Positions 22,717 to 35,075 are shown, counted from the first letter of the stretch. The stretch is 64,000 nt of DNA from Squalus acanthias (GCA_030390025.1 CM059432.1:24492001-24556000), one strand, 5' to 3'. Made by a program: numbers and translations. The notes: a model not told the origin generated them from the letters alone.

Positions 22717-23960
22717 ATTCTACCCACCCTCTGCACAAAGAATTGTTTCAAACTTCCATTTAACTCTTTTCGTGATTGTTGTGCCAGCCAGCAAAAACAA
22801 TTGTTCACTATTTACCTTATCAAAACCCTTCACAATCCTGAAGATCTCTAGCATCTCAGCTCAATGAAAAGAGCCCTAATTTCTCACTTCTCTCTCTTCA
22901 TATCATTATCCCTCCTCCCTAGTGAATTTACCCTCCAACTTTTCCATTGCTTTCTATAATGGAGTAACCAAAACTGTACACAATACTCGAATGCAATCTA
23001 ACTACAGGAAACTCTTTCGTATCCGGCACCGACGGGACCGGGATGGTGCCGATTGATTAAAAATTCCGGATAACGGAGAGGTATATCTACCGAGGCTATT
23101 TTTAACAAACAAAAATAAAAACATCAAGAAATGTGCAGTATAATTGGGTACTCCCCTACAGAATGTTGTGTTAAATGGATGGTGGAAGATGCTTGATTAA
23201 GTACAGTAATGCCAGTTGAGGGTAATCCATAACTCTTTAATTACTTAACAGTAAAACAAAACTTATAAACGACTGTATACTGTAGTTTTCGGAGTATGAA
23301 TTCTGCCGGTTATTAGAGAATTCCGGATATTTAGGTGCCGTTTAAACGAGAGTTTCCTGTAGCATCTTACACAAGTTCAACATTATCGCCTTGCTTTTGT
23401 ATTCTATGCTTCTCGATACAAAGTCATAGATTCTGTTTGCCGTTTTTATGGCCTTATCTACTTGCACTGCCACCTTTAATGCCCTGTGTATCTACATACT
23501 GAGATCCCTTAGCTCCTCTACTCCATTGAAAATCTTACCAATTAAAGTTTACTTCCTTTCCATAATGCATTTCTTTTTTTTTTCTAAATTGTGTATCTGG
23601 CCATCTTGCTAGCCTTCTATAGTCTTTTGCAAGTCCAAATCGCTTGCATGTAAATAAGAGTGGCCCCAACACATGACCCTGTGGAACATCACTTACCACT
23701 TCTTTTCAGGCCACGAAGCTTCCTTTTACCCTTATCCTTTGCTTTACAGCCTCTATCTCCCATATAGCCACACTTCCTTTAGCTCTATGTACCATTACTT
23801 TTATCATAAATATTTTAAGTGCTACCTTACCAAATGTTTTTTTCAAAATCCACATAAACCACACTCAATGCATTTACTTAATTTTTTTTCCCATTATTCC
23901 TTCAAATATTACTATAAGGTTGATCAAACACAATCTGCCTTTGAGAAAATGGTGCGGACT
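22717..23960 (-). mobile_element. Old, heavily decayed CR1 fragments
   Basis: Residual similarity to CR1 RT (e.g. HHFLKGRLCLINLIVIFEG, aaactgtacacaatactc). Confidence 0.6.
23005..23359. mobile_element. Tigger/pogo-type MITE
   Basis: TIRs caggaaactct / agagtttcctg flanked by TA on both sides; non-coding. Confidence 0.85.
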
Positions 23961-24035
23961 GGCCCTGATAAACTCAGTTTTTCCCAAGATCCCCAGCAAT
24001 GTGAGCCATTCCCACTGATGCCATGGCCTAGATTT

Positions 24036-24143
24036 TCTGAAATAAAAACAGAAAATGCTGGAAACACTCAGCAGATCAGGCAGCAACTGTGCAGAGAGAA
24101 ACAGCGTTAATATTTCAGGTCGATGACCATTCATCAGAACTGC
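24036..24143 (-). mobile_element. Short non-coding PLE-like element (single arm) with hammerhead core
   Basis: Homologous to the arms of 26850-27083; minus strand reads gtt CTGATGA atggtcatcgacct GAAA ta TT aac. Confidence 0.75.
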
Positions 24144-24226
24144 TTTCGTTCGGGGTCAGGGAGGGAAAGATCAGAGGGGATAGTGAAAACACGCCAAAGG
24201 GTGAGAGTGGAAAGAGGGATGGGGAA

Positions 24227-26165
24227 AGAAGAGCATGCCAGGAGCAGCACCAGGCTAACCTAAAAATGCGGTGCCAACCTGGGAAAGCTGCAACACAGGA
24301 CTACATGCATGCTAAAAAGCGGAAGCGGCATGCTATAGACAGAGCTAAGTGATCCCACAATCAACAGATCAGATCAAAGCTCTGCAGTCCTGCCACATCC
24401 AGTCGTGAATGGTGGTGGACCATTAAACAACTAACGGGAGGAGGAGGCTCCATGAATATCCCCATCCTCAATGATGGTGGAGCCCAGCACGAGTGCAAAA
24501 GACAAAGCTGAAGCATTTGCAACCATCTTCAGCCAGAAGTGCCGAGTGGATGATTCATATCGGCCTCCTCCTGAGGTCCCCACCACCACAGAAGCCAGTC
24601 TTCAGCTAATTCGATTCACTCCACGCGATATCAAGAAACGGCTGAGCGCACTGGATACAGCAAAGGCTATGGGCCCCGACAACATCCCGGCTGTTGTGCT
24701 GAAGACTTGTGCTCCAGAACTAGCCACGCCTCTAGCCAAGCTGTTCCAGTACAGCTACAACACTGGCATCTATCCGACAATGTGGAAAACTGCCCAGGTA
24801 TGTCCTGTCCACAAAAAGCAGACAAATCCAATCTGGCCAATTACTGCCCCATCAGTCTACTCTCAATCATCAGCAAAGTGATGGAAGGTGTCGTCGACAG
24901 TGCTAGCAAGCGGCACTTACTCACCAATAACCTGCTCACTGATGCCCAGTTTGGGTTTCACCAGGACCACTGAGCTCCAGACCTGATTACAGCCTTGGTC
25001 CAAACATGGACAAAAGAGCTGAATTCCAGAGGTGAAGCGAGAGTGACTGCCCTTGACATCAAGGCAGCATTTGACCATGTGTAGTATCAAGGAGCCCTAG
25101 TAAAACTGAAGTCAATGGGAATCGGGGAGAAAATGCTCCACTGGCTGGAGTCATACCTGGCACAAAGGAAGATGGTTGTGGTGGTTGAAGGTCAATCATC
25201 ACAGCCCCAGGACATCATTGCAGGAGTTCCTCAGGGCAGTGTCTTAGGTCCAACCATCTTCAGCTGCTTTATTAATGACCATCCCTCCAACATAAGGTCA
25301 AAAATGTGGATGTTCGCTGATGACTGCACAGTGTTCAGTGCCATCCGCAACTCCTCAGATAATGAAGCAGTCCATGCTGCATGCAATAAGACATTCAGGC
25401 TTGGGCTGATAAGTGGCAGGTAACATTTGTGCCATACAAGTGCCAGGCATTGACTATCTCCAACAAGCAAGAGTCTAACCACCGCCGCTTGATATTCAAC
25501 GGCATTACCATCATCGAATCCCCCACCATCAACATCCTGGGGTCACCATTGACCAGAAACTTAACTGGACCAGCCACATAAATACTGGCAAGGCTTTGGG
25601 GGGTCAGGAGGTGAGACACTCACCGCAGAATACCTAGTATCTGACCTGCCCTTGTCCTTCTCTCTACTTGCCTGGATGAATGCAGCTCCAACAACACTCA
25701 AGAAGTTCGACACCGTCCAGGACAAAGCAGCCCACTTGATTGGCACCCCCTCCACCAACTTAAACAGTCATTCCCTCAACCACCTTCGTACCATGGCTGC
25801 AGTGTGTACCATCTACAAGACGCACTGCACCAACTCACCAAGGCACCTTCGGCAGCACCTCCCAAACCCGCGACCTCTACCACCTAGAAGGACAAGGGCA
25901 GCAGGTGCATGGGAACACCACCACCTCCAAGTTCCCCTCCAAGTCACACACCATCCTGACTTGGAAGTATATCGCCGTTCCTTCATCGCCGCTGGGTCAA
26001 AATCCTGGAACTCCCTACCTAACAGCACTATGGGAGCACCTTCACCACACGGGCTGCAGCGGTTCAAGAAGGCGGCTCACCACCACCTTCTCATGGTCAA
26101 TTAGGGATGAGCAATAAATGCTGGCCTTGCCATCGACGCCCAGATCCCATGAACGAATAAAAAAA
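24227..26165 (+). mobile_element. 5'-truncated decayed LINE of the CR1/L2 group (distinct family)
   Basis: [24 protein letters not shown] and MFADDC motifs; tail gcaataaatgctggccttgcc..cccatgaacgaataaaaaaa. Confidence 0.85.
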
Positions 26166-26849
26166 TATATATATTCTCAGGCTTCCCCTCAACTTTCAAA
26201 TAGATGCCTACATTGCACTTGTATCTACCGTTCAAATGGTGCAATGCCAGGAAATACGTTGGAGACAGTACTTCCCTCATGTGCATCTTCCTCCCATTGG
26301 TCCACCCACAAATGGACTGGTGTATTCTGCATAACTGGTCTTGGGCATCAATAAATGGGGGAGATACAAAGGCGCCGCCGGTACATGTGCCCATAGATAC
26401 GTATAACCTGGGTACAAACTCAATTACGTGGCTTAAAAAATTGCAGACTTTTGGGCATACGTGAGTTACACTCGTAACTCCGATACGCTTAAATCTCTTT
26501 GATCCTGTATAGTCATCTATCAATCCCTCCAAACACATGCATCTCCACCCATAAAACTGGCCCCAATCCCAAATTAGTGAGTCTCATATACCAGTTTCCT
26601 ACAATTGCGCTTGCTCAGAGATATATCTGTTAGGTAATGACCATTTCCCAAAAGAGAAAGCCCAGTCAGCTCCCCATGGCATTCAACAACACCATTAATG
26701 TCAATTCCCCACCATTAACAGTTGGGGGTTACGACTGATCAGGAGCTTAACACCATGGCTGCAAGAGCAGGGCAGAAGCTGGATACTCTGTAGCTGCAAC
26801 AACACTCAGGAAGCTCGATACTACCCAAGACAAAGCAGATTACTTGATT

Positions 26850-27083
26850 ACAAAAGCAAAATAATGCGGATGATGGAAATCTGAAATAAAACCAGAAAAT
26901 GCTGGAAATACTCAGCGGGTCAGGCAGCATCTCTGGAGAGAGAAACAGAGTTAACGTTTCAGGTCAATGACCTTTTGTCGGTTCTGACGAAATGTCATCG
27001 ACCTGAAACGTTAACTCTGTTTCTCTCTCCAGAGATGCTGCCTGACCTGCTGACTATTTCCAGCATTTTCTGTTTTTATTTCC
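26850..27083. mobile_element. Palindromic non-autonomous PLE-like element carrying a hammerhead core
   Basis: ~104-bp inverted arms around a 2-nt loop (26982-26983); ~28-nt one-sided tail; 12-bp TSD gattacttgatt at 26838-26849 and 27084-27095. Confidence 0.85.
26981..27015 (+). ncRNA. Minimal hammerhead ribozyme motif
   Basis: gtt CTGACGA aatgtcatcgacct GAAA cg TT aac; stem I gtt/aac; palindromic AACGTT; one stem II mismatch. Confidence 0.6.
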
Positions 27084-28375
27084 GATTACTTGATTGTTTG
27101 ATAACGCTCTGTGAAGCGCCTTGGGGCGTTTTACTACATTATATAAATACAAGTTGTTGTTGTAACACCTCTGCCGCTGGACTCAATAACCACCCTTCTT
27201 CTTGTTCCTATATCACTCATAACACACCAAGAAAATTGTTATCTCACGTTTGGATATTCAGGACCCTCCGCACATCTGACAGCACCTGCCTCATCTATAA
27301 CTGGTCCTCCATTTATTTAAGGGGCTGGCACGCAGGTTGTTATCAATTAAACAACTGAAATTCCAGTTGTGTATGTACACATTTTATCAGCAGAATTCCT
27401 CATTAGCTCCTCATCCTCTATTTTGTGTTGTGGTTTAAGTCATATCAAAATTTCGGCTGACCCAAACAGACTGCTTCACATGATTTGGAGGGTACAATTG
27501 GATTATCTTTTCATGGACAGAGATAGCCATTTCAACAAATGAATGGAGGATTCACCTCCTTCTCCAGTGGAAGCTATAGCAGTGACTGGGGATCCAGATG
27601 GAACACTTGAATATCTGTCTCATCACCATACGTTTGTTGAACCAATACCATTTTGCAGTTAGGGTGTTAAGAAGCAGAGGTAGGAGAAGCCTTATGTTTG
27701 CCTCTCCAGCTTCTGAACCTCTTTTTGCAAGAGAAGATAAGTCTGATTCTCATGTTTCCCTCTACTAACACGCAAGATAATAGAGGTTATGAAGTGTGCT
27801 TTACAAGCATTCCAGAGCACCATACAAAGATATATTTCAGTTTGAGTTTGACATTCCCTTAATATCAATAAGTCTCACATCAAATTTGCAATTCAAACAT
27901 GTTAGATCTAGATTGGACAAGTCAGTCGATCTGCAAGATGGAGTTTGTAAGCTAGCAGGATCAGTTGAATGCTGTTGTATTTAAAGTTATTTTGGATCTT
28001 AACAAATCTATTCCTTTATCATTCAATCTTAGATTTGAATGTACCCTGAAATAAGTACACTCACCTTACTCACTGAACCACAAGGATGCTCAGATCACTT
28101 TTAGAGTGTTTCCTTTGCTTGGGTTTTCCACGTCAGGTACTATTCCCAGGATATACACAAACCTCTATTGCAAAGCTTTTGACAAATTGGCACTGAGCTA
28201 AAAGTCACACTTAGAGATGCCATAAAGATGGCTGGTGGGGGAAATGGAAAAATTCACATTGGTGTAGTACAGACAGACTTCTGAGAATGGGATTGAGGCG
28301 CATTATTGAAGTAGAGTAGAGAGAGCTTTAATCTGTATCAAACATATACACGGGCATACTTGACACTGAAACTGA

Positions 28376-30117
28376 GGCCGCGATTTTCCTTACCTTGGCG
28401 GGTCCGTGGTGGGCGAGGTCGCAGGTGGGTTGCGGCCCCGCTGCTGGCTCCATTCTAGCCTCCGACATGACTTTCCCATGATTGGGATTGTCAAGCCTGC
28501 CCAGCGCGTTTCACAGCCCAATTGAAGGAAGCGGGTCTGATGACGTAATTTGATGACGCGTCATCAGCCAGTTTCCTTAAAGGGACCATGCACAAATTTA
28601 CTTTGACATTTGTGCTGTCAGTGTTCTACAGCATTGAGGTGCTGCAAACACTGACAATCACTGCACAAAGGTGCACGGCTGCATCCAGGCTCTCCCATGA
28701 CTCCCTCCATATGCTTATGGAGGAAGTCACAGCACACAGGGAGGTTCTCTTCCCTTCCAAGGGGCGGAAGAGACCGCCCCAGGAGAGTAACACAGCCTGG
28801 TTGCACATTGCACAGGAGGACACAAGCATGGATGTCGTCAGGAGGACCAGGCTGCAGTAGCGCAAACCTTTCAATGATTTCAGTAGATCACAAAACGCTA
28901 CTGCAAATCCACACTCATCACATCCCCATCACTCTGCCTTCCCTACCCTACTCCTGCACATCCTTACTCATACCAACTTAACTTGCACCTCCACCCATCT
29001 CTCTCTATCTACATTATCACTTCCCCATCTCACTAGCCCTAGTCCAAACATAACAACTAACAACACACAAGGGTAGGCACTTGTGTGTTTTAGCCAATGT
29101 TCATGTGAAGTTTCTGTTAATGTGCTGTCAAACATTGAAATCTTTGTTTTCAACAGTTTGTGTTCTTGGACAGATTTGTGTGCACCTTTGGAAGTGGCTT
29201 AGTGAGTTGCAGTGAGTGGTGAGACATAACAGTACCCCTCGCAACGCTGATGAGTGTGAAAGGAATGGCTTGGGCATTGTAGGGATGCTTTATGGTGTTT
29301 GTGTGGGGTGGTACCAACCTGGCATATCATATGGCAGCCAGAGTGTGCAGCGTCTAATGAAGTAAATGTGGCCATGGTGAGGCCATCCCTGGCGTCCCGT
29401 GCAGCAATGTGGTCGGGTGCTGATGCCCTCTGTCCTGTGCAGCATCAGGTAACTGTGGAGAAGGTTGGTGTGGTTGTTGGCGCTGCTGGTGTGCATGGTG
29501 ATGCTGGTGTTGCGGCTGATCGTGGTCAGATTCTGAGGACCAAGGTGAGAGTATAAAGTGTACCCATGCTAATGGAATAGATGGCAGGTGAACTTGAGAT
29601 GACAGAAACAATCTGTAAATGGTGAGAGATGTTGTTCCAATGAGGTGATACTGGATAGAGAGTTTGATCCAAACACTTGCAACCTGCATAAAGCTCAATC
29701 TGTCTTCCAAATGCAGTAAGCAATAGCTTCTGAGCTTGGAAAGTAAACAGCTGTGAGATGGGAGCTTTTATAGCACATTTCAAGCTGTCAAATAAGGAGA
29801 TGATTCCATGGCCATTCAACTCCCGCCTCAGCTTAACAGACGTGATCCCCAAGCAGCGTGGACCCCGTTGGCGAGCTGGTAAATTCTAAAGGTGAGCTCA
29901 AAATTGTTGTTAATCCTCTGTTAACGAGGTGATAATGACCTGAATTGCCTCCTCCACCGCTGTGTCTCGGGTCTGCTCAGCGCTGGCAGACCCGACATTT
30001 GGTAAAGGCGCGTGCCAGCGGGTTGACAGCAGGGTTCCGACCCACTGTCAAAAAAAAGCACTTTCCCATCCAACCCGCCGCTGATCATGCCCGCTGACAC
30101 CCCGGAAAATTCCCCCC
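28376..30117. mobile_element. Internally deleted PIF/Harbinger transposon
   Basis: Imperfect TIRs ggccgcgattttcc / ggaaaattcccccc with tga/tta flanks; Myb/SANT remnant on + (28680-28885: SLHMLMEEVTAHREVLFPSKGRKRPPQ..AWLHIAQ..RTRLQ*RKPFND); His/Gln-rich putative transposase 5' end on - (~29380-29570). Confidence 0.7.
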
Positions 30118-30555
30118 TTACTGCCAGAAGTCCCATTCCCCAGTGCTGACATCCCTCACTTCGATGAGAAAAGAGAAATCATTTTAATGAATGCTATGGT
30201 CCCTGTAATGTTTCTGAGTCGGGCCAATATTCAAGAATCCTGTTTACAAAATCCACATAAAATCACAAAGGCTTGGTGTTAATATTCAAATGGAACTTTG
30301 TGAATCATCATGGTTGTTACAATATTGTACTTTATGTGTGGTTCTATGCAGCAGTTTAAAGGGTAATTCATGTTTTAATAGTAACATTTATTTTTAATGA
30401 GTCATTTCCAAGAAGAATAGATTGCAACCTTTTATATATTACCATCTAGTTACAAACATGTTCAATATCATTTATTCTTTTCTATAAAATGAGCTTTTGC
30501 AGTTATTGCAATGTCAAAGTGTTCTGCAGCACCTACTGAGGAGTAAATATTTGAG

Positions 30556-30609
30556 ATGTATCTTGGTTTTTATCCATTTGGAGTGGGAGTTGCTAGGACC
30601 ATTGATAGT
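30556..30609 (+). other. Candidate first coding exon MYLGFYPFGVGVARTIDS
   Basis: TATAAAA at 30483, ATG with G at -3, upstream in-frame stop, donor |gtaagt at 30610; non-repeat DNA. Confidence 0.25.
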
Positions 30610-31233
30610 GTAAGTAAATAGAATTTGCAGAGTACACTGTCAATTTGGAAAGACTATGCTATGCATTAGAAGGCCTGGTTAACCCAAAGTTTGCAAGCAA
30701 ATATGTGATTGTTAAATAACCTGCAAATCCGTGGCCTGATAGCAAAGCAGGTAAGTCACCCTATCATCACGTTGGATGCATTTTTGGATAATTGTTTCAT
30801 TTACTTACATTGTATATCCACAATATGTAAAACAGATAGCGACTGCGGATCCCAACATTTTGGCAAAGTAGAAAATTTGTTCTAACTTTGAAATTCTGTA
30901 TGAAAAATGCAGTCTTAATTCTACTCTTCACTGTAGTCTATTTAACTTAAGGTTAATTTCATTCTGCCATACTTCTCCAAACAATACAATGTTCACCAGA
31001 ATTAGAATACAATTTCTTACTTATTCCCCACAGGGTAGTGATCATGTGGAATTCCAGAGAAATTATTTGATTCAAGGTCGAGTAGGACTTTTAGGAAGCA
31101 GTTGGATCCATATCTGTCAAGAAAGAAATTGAGGCTATTGAAGCTATTAATAGCACTGGGGAAGGCACTTAGCAAGTATGGAACCAAAAGGTAGTGGGTA
31201 TGGAGGAGAGTGGTAGTTGATGCTGACGATTGG

Positions 31234-31652
31234 GGGTACGGTAGCATTGTGGCTATGTTACTTGACTAGTTATCCAGGAGTGCTTGGATTAATGATGTAG
31301 AGATATGAGTTCAAATCCCATGACAGCACCTGGGGAATTTAAATTCAATTAATGAATTAAATAAATCTGGAATAAAAAGCTACTATCAGTAATGGTGACC
31401 GTCAAACTATCAAATTGCCATAAAAACCCATCTGGTTCACTAATGTCCTTTAGGGAAGGGAAATCTGCTGTCCTATATGTGTCTCCAGACCTACAGCAAT
31501 GTGGTTGACTCTTAACTGCCCTCTGAAATGGCCTAGCAGCCACTTATTTAAGAAGGCAGCTCACCACCACCTTCTCAAGGGCAATTAGGGTGAGGCAATA
31601 AATACTGGCCTTGCTGGCAACACCCACATCCCATGAATGAATAAAAATAAAT
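31234..31652 (+). mobile_element. tRNA-derived SINE sharing its 3' tail with the LINE at 24227-26165
   Basis: A-box-like ggtagcattgtgg, B-box gagttcaaatccc; tail aagaaggcagctcaccaccaccttctcaagggcaattaggg..cccatgaatgaataaaa. Confidence 0.85.
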
Positions 31653-32004
31653 AATAGTCTCTGGAGTTTGGTGTTGAATGGCCTTTTCTTTCTGAGAACA
31701 TTTTTACATTCCTCTACTTAGTGCCACAACTGGTAAGTTATTTGTGGTTTCCAAGTATTACCAAACTCTCTTTCAAACCCAGACAATAATGACATGATGG
31801 GCAAGCTGCTTCTGTTAAGAATTATAGCACGTTAACATCTATGTATGTGTGTAGATTTTAGGCATGGACAGGCTCAGGGTCGGCTGTAATGGCCCCCAAA
31901 CTCAAAAAGACACTGACATTTATTTTCCAGGCTTTCCCGTGAAGAACGGCTAGTTTGGCACTGGAGAACCACTACCATCCATGAATTTACTCCCATATGC
32001 GTAA

Positions 32005-32375
32005 GTGGTGTAGTGTGGTGGTTGTGTTACTGAACTAGTATTCCAGAGGTTTGGCATAATCATCTAGAGAATGTGAGCTCAAAACCCACCATTGAAGTTT
32101 GAGAATTTGGTTTCAGTTTTAAAAAATCTGGAAATAAAAAGCTGTGACCATGAATCTGTCAGTTTGTTGTAAAAACCCAACTGTGGTACACTAATGTCCT
32201 TTAACTGGTTTTACCTGGTCTGGTCTACATGTAACTCCAGTCCCACAACAATATGGTGGACTCTGAAGTGGCCTAGCATGTCACTCAGTTGTACCAGGAC
32301 ATCAAGAGATGGGTAATAAATGCTGGCCTTGTCAGTGACACCCAAGTCTCCAAAATGAATAAATAAAAAAATAAT
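32005..32375 (+). mobile_element. Second copy of the same SINE family
   Basis: Collinear with 31234-31652. Confidence 0.8.
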
Positions 32376-33025
32376 GGGACACCAAATGAGAAGAGAACAT
32401 TGGACCATATTTTGCGACCCCTACGGGTGCGTACGAGGGGGTGTGCACGCACCCATAGGGGCCGCACAAGTTCCGGGTTTAGGCATGCGAAGCACATGCG
32501 CTGAAACCCGGCACTTGCGATCTGCTTTTACAGGTTGAGCGTCCTGAATCCGGCAACCTCGGGACCGAGGCCGAGCCGGTTTTCATGTTTTTCCAGACTT
32601 CGGAACGTGTTTCTGATGTCCGAAGTCCGGAAATATCGCAACCTGGGCTCGGGCGTTTCCGGACTTCGGACATCAGAAACACGTTCCGAGTCCGGAAATG
32701 CCTGGGCCCAGGTTGCGATATTTCCAGTTTTTTGGACGTCACCTTGTAGTTCTGCTCCTCGCAGGCCTTGTAGTCCTCGCTTCTTCGCAACACATGGTAA
32801 GCCTCCCTCTCTTGTTTTTGCAACGCTGTACTCTGTAACTGTACTTAATGTGAGCTTCCTGGCCTGTAACTTTTGCTACCATCTTCAAATTTGAAAAGGA
32901 ATGTACAGTACTCAAAGCATGAAATATAATAAAGGTTTTTATTTGTAAAACAGTTAAGTTATGAAATATAAAACAGTAAATGAAGGCTTTTATTTGTTAA
33001 ACAGAGTAAAAATAAACAGGTAGAG

Positions 33026-35075
33026 TTACAATTGGCTGGAGGTTGTGCTTGAGGTAGAGGGCGCAGCTATGATGTCTGGGGCTGATGATGGGCCAGCAAT
33101 AGGATTATCAAATGTGGAAATTACTGGTGTAGTTGCACGCTGTAGGTCTTGGGCCTTCTGTTGCGACATCTTTTGAAAGATATTTAATATTGTTGTTTGT
33201 TTAAATAATTTGGGCTTTTCTTTCACTAATCTTTCCCGAATTCTGTAGACCTGCAGTATTTCTTCTTCACTTATGAAGCTTCGTTGCTCTAAGGCGTGAA
33301 TTAATTCTTGACAAAGATTGATTGCCTTGTCAATGGGCACTTTTTCAACTTGATCACAGGCATCATCATCATCCTCACTGCTTTCATCCTTTTCTTCTGG
33401 ATGCAAAACCCCCTGCATGGTTTCTTCATCTGTCACTGCATGCACAATGGGAGTGATGTAAGAAAACTACTAGGCACTTGGTCTAAGCGTTAAACAAAGC
33501 TTTAATCAACTGTTTTACAACATGGAGGTCCAGTTGTGTCCTTCACTAGTTCCTGTTCAGAATGTCCTGCGCAAGCTGGGCCCGTGCCCGAGTATTTATA
33601 CTCTCCCTGGACAGCGCCACCCGCAGGCCACGCAGTATTATTTCATAAGTCTTTCTTTCATGAATGACAGATTCATGTCAGGGAGCATCGTTGTCTATGT
33701 CCATGACTTCTGCGACATCGTCCTCATTCAATTCCTGCGCAGCTTTGCAAGTCAGCCCTCTTGCATAATCTAAAAGTTGAGCAATCATTGCTTTCTCCCT
33801 GGACACACGAAAGCCTTGAAAGTCCTGAGGAGCATCATCAGCATCATCGTCAGCAAACATAGTTGATGGCCAGATGTTATGCCAAGCATTGACCAAGGTG
33901 TCTGCAGTTACCAAGTTCTATGCATCCGCAGCTGTCCATATGGCGTCCTTGATAGAGAAAGTTTTTGAGAATGCTTTTATTCCCATGCCTGTGTTCACAG
34001 CATTAAGTAAACACCTCATGAACTCGTTTTAGTACAGACACTTCATCGATCTCAAAATTCCTTGGTCCATTGGCTGTATCAGTGATGTAACATTTGGAGG
34101 TAAGTAGATTCCATGGACATTATCCTTTACCAAAAGCTCAGCATCGGGATGTGCTGGGCAATTGTCTAGCAGCAAGTTTATTTTGCAGTTTTCCTCAAGG
34201 CCAGCTTCCGTGCGATGAGCACGCGCCTGAGGGACAAAATTCTTCTCAAACCAGTTCAGAAAGATTACCCTGGTTACCCATGCTTTCCTATTGGCATAAT
34301 AATGCACTGGCAATACTGTCAAACCCTTGAAACATCTTGGACGCTGGCTTCTCCCAATGACCATAAGTTTACACTTATGTGTCCCAGCCGCATTTTCAGC
34401 AGCAAGCACAGTCAACCTATCCTTGGCGTCTTTAATACCTGCTGGCTGCGTTTCTTCTGCTGCTGCTAATGTCTTTCGCGGTAGGTAGCGCCAAAACAGT
34501 GCTGTCTCGTCAGCATTGTATATTTGCTCAGGTGAAAGGTTTTCATCAGCAATTAGTTTGATGAACTCATCAATATAATTTTCAGCTGCCTCGTGATCTG
34601 CTGAGGCTTTCTCACCACATACTTTTAGTTGCCTGATGCCATGATGCCTTTTAAATTTGACTAGCCAACCAGAAGAGTACTCGCATGGAGTTTCAATCCC
34701 CAGTTGTGCATGGAATATTTTAGCTTGTTGCACCACCATTGGGCCAGACAAATGAACCTTTTCACTTTGCCTCTGTCGCCACCATTCCATCACTGCTCGA
34801 TCCAAATCATCACATTTCGGCTTATGCATACTTTTTCTCTTACTCATTTCCTTATGAACATCACTTTCCGCATAAAACTTCATGAGCTGTTCTTTCTGTT
34901 TTCTAATATCATAGATGGTGGAGAGTCCAACACCATACTCCTCACTCAATCTTCTCACTGAAGCACCTCTATCTAATCTCTGAAGTAACTCAACATTCTT
35001 GGCAATTGAAAGTGAACTATGCTTCCTCTTTCCTTTATCTGAACCCATTGGGGTATCAGTTGGCCTTTTTGACAT
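33026..35075 (-). pseudogene. Tigger/Jerky-like (CENP-B family) DDE transposase with premature stops and an LTR insertion
   Basis: N-terminal HTH, SSGWLVKFKRHHGI, YNADETALFW, LLLDNCPAH and LPPNVTSLIQPMDQGI motifs; stop at 34029; acidic C-terminus. Confidence 0.93.
33454..33680 (-). mobile_element. 227-bp solo LTR
   Basis: TG...CA ends; 5-bp TSD gggag; minus-strand TATAAATA and ATTAAA; removing it restores DAP|IVHAVTDEE in frame. Confidence 0.85.

Noticed and set aside
31234..31330. tRNA genes
   Set aside because: Only degenerate A/B boxes of SINE heads; no cloverleaf
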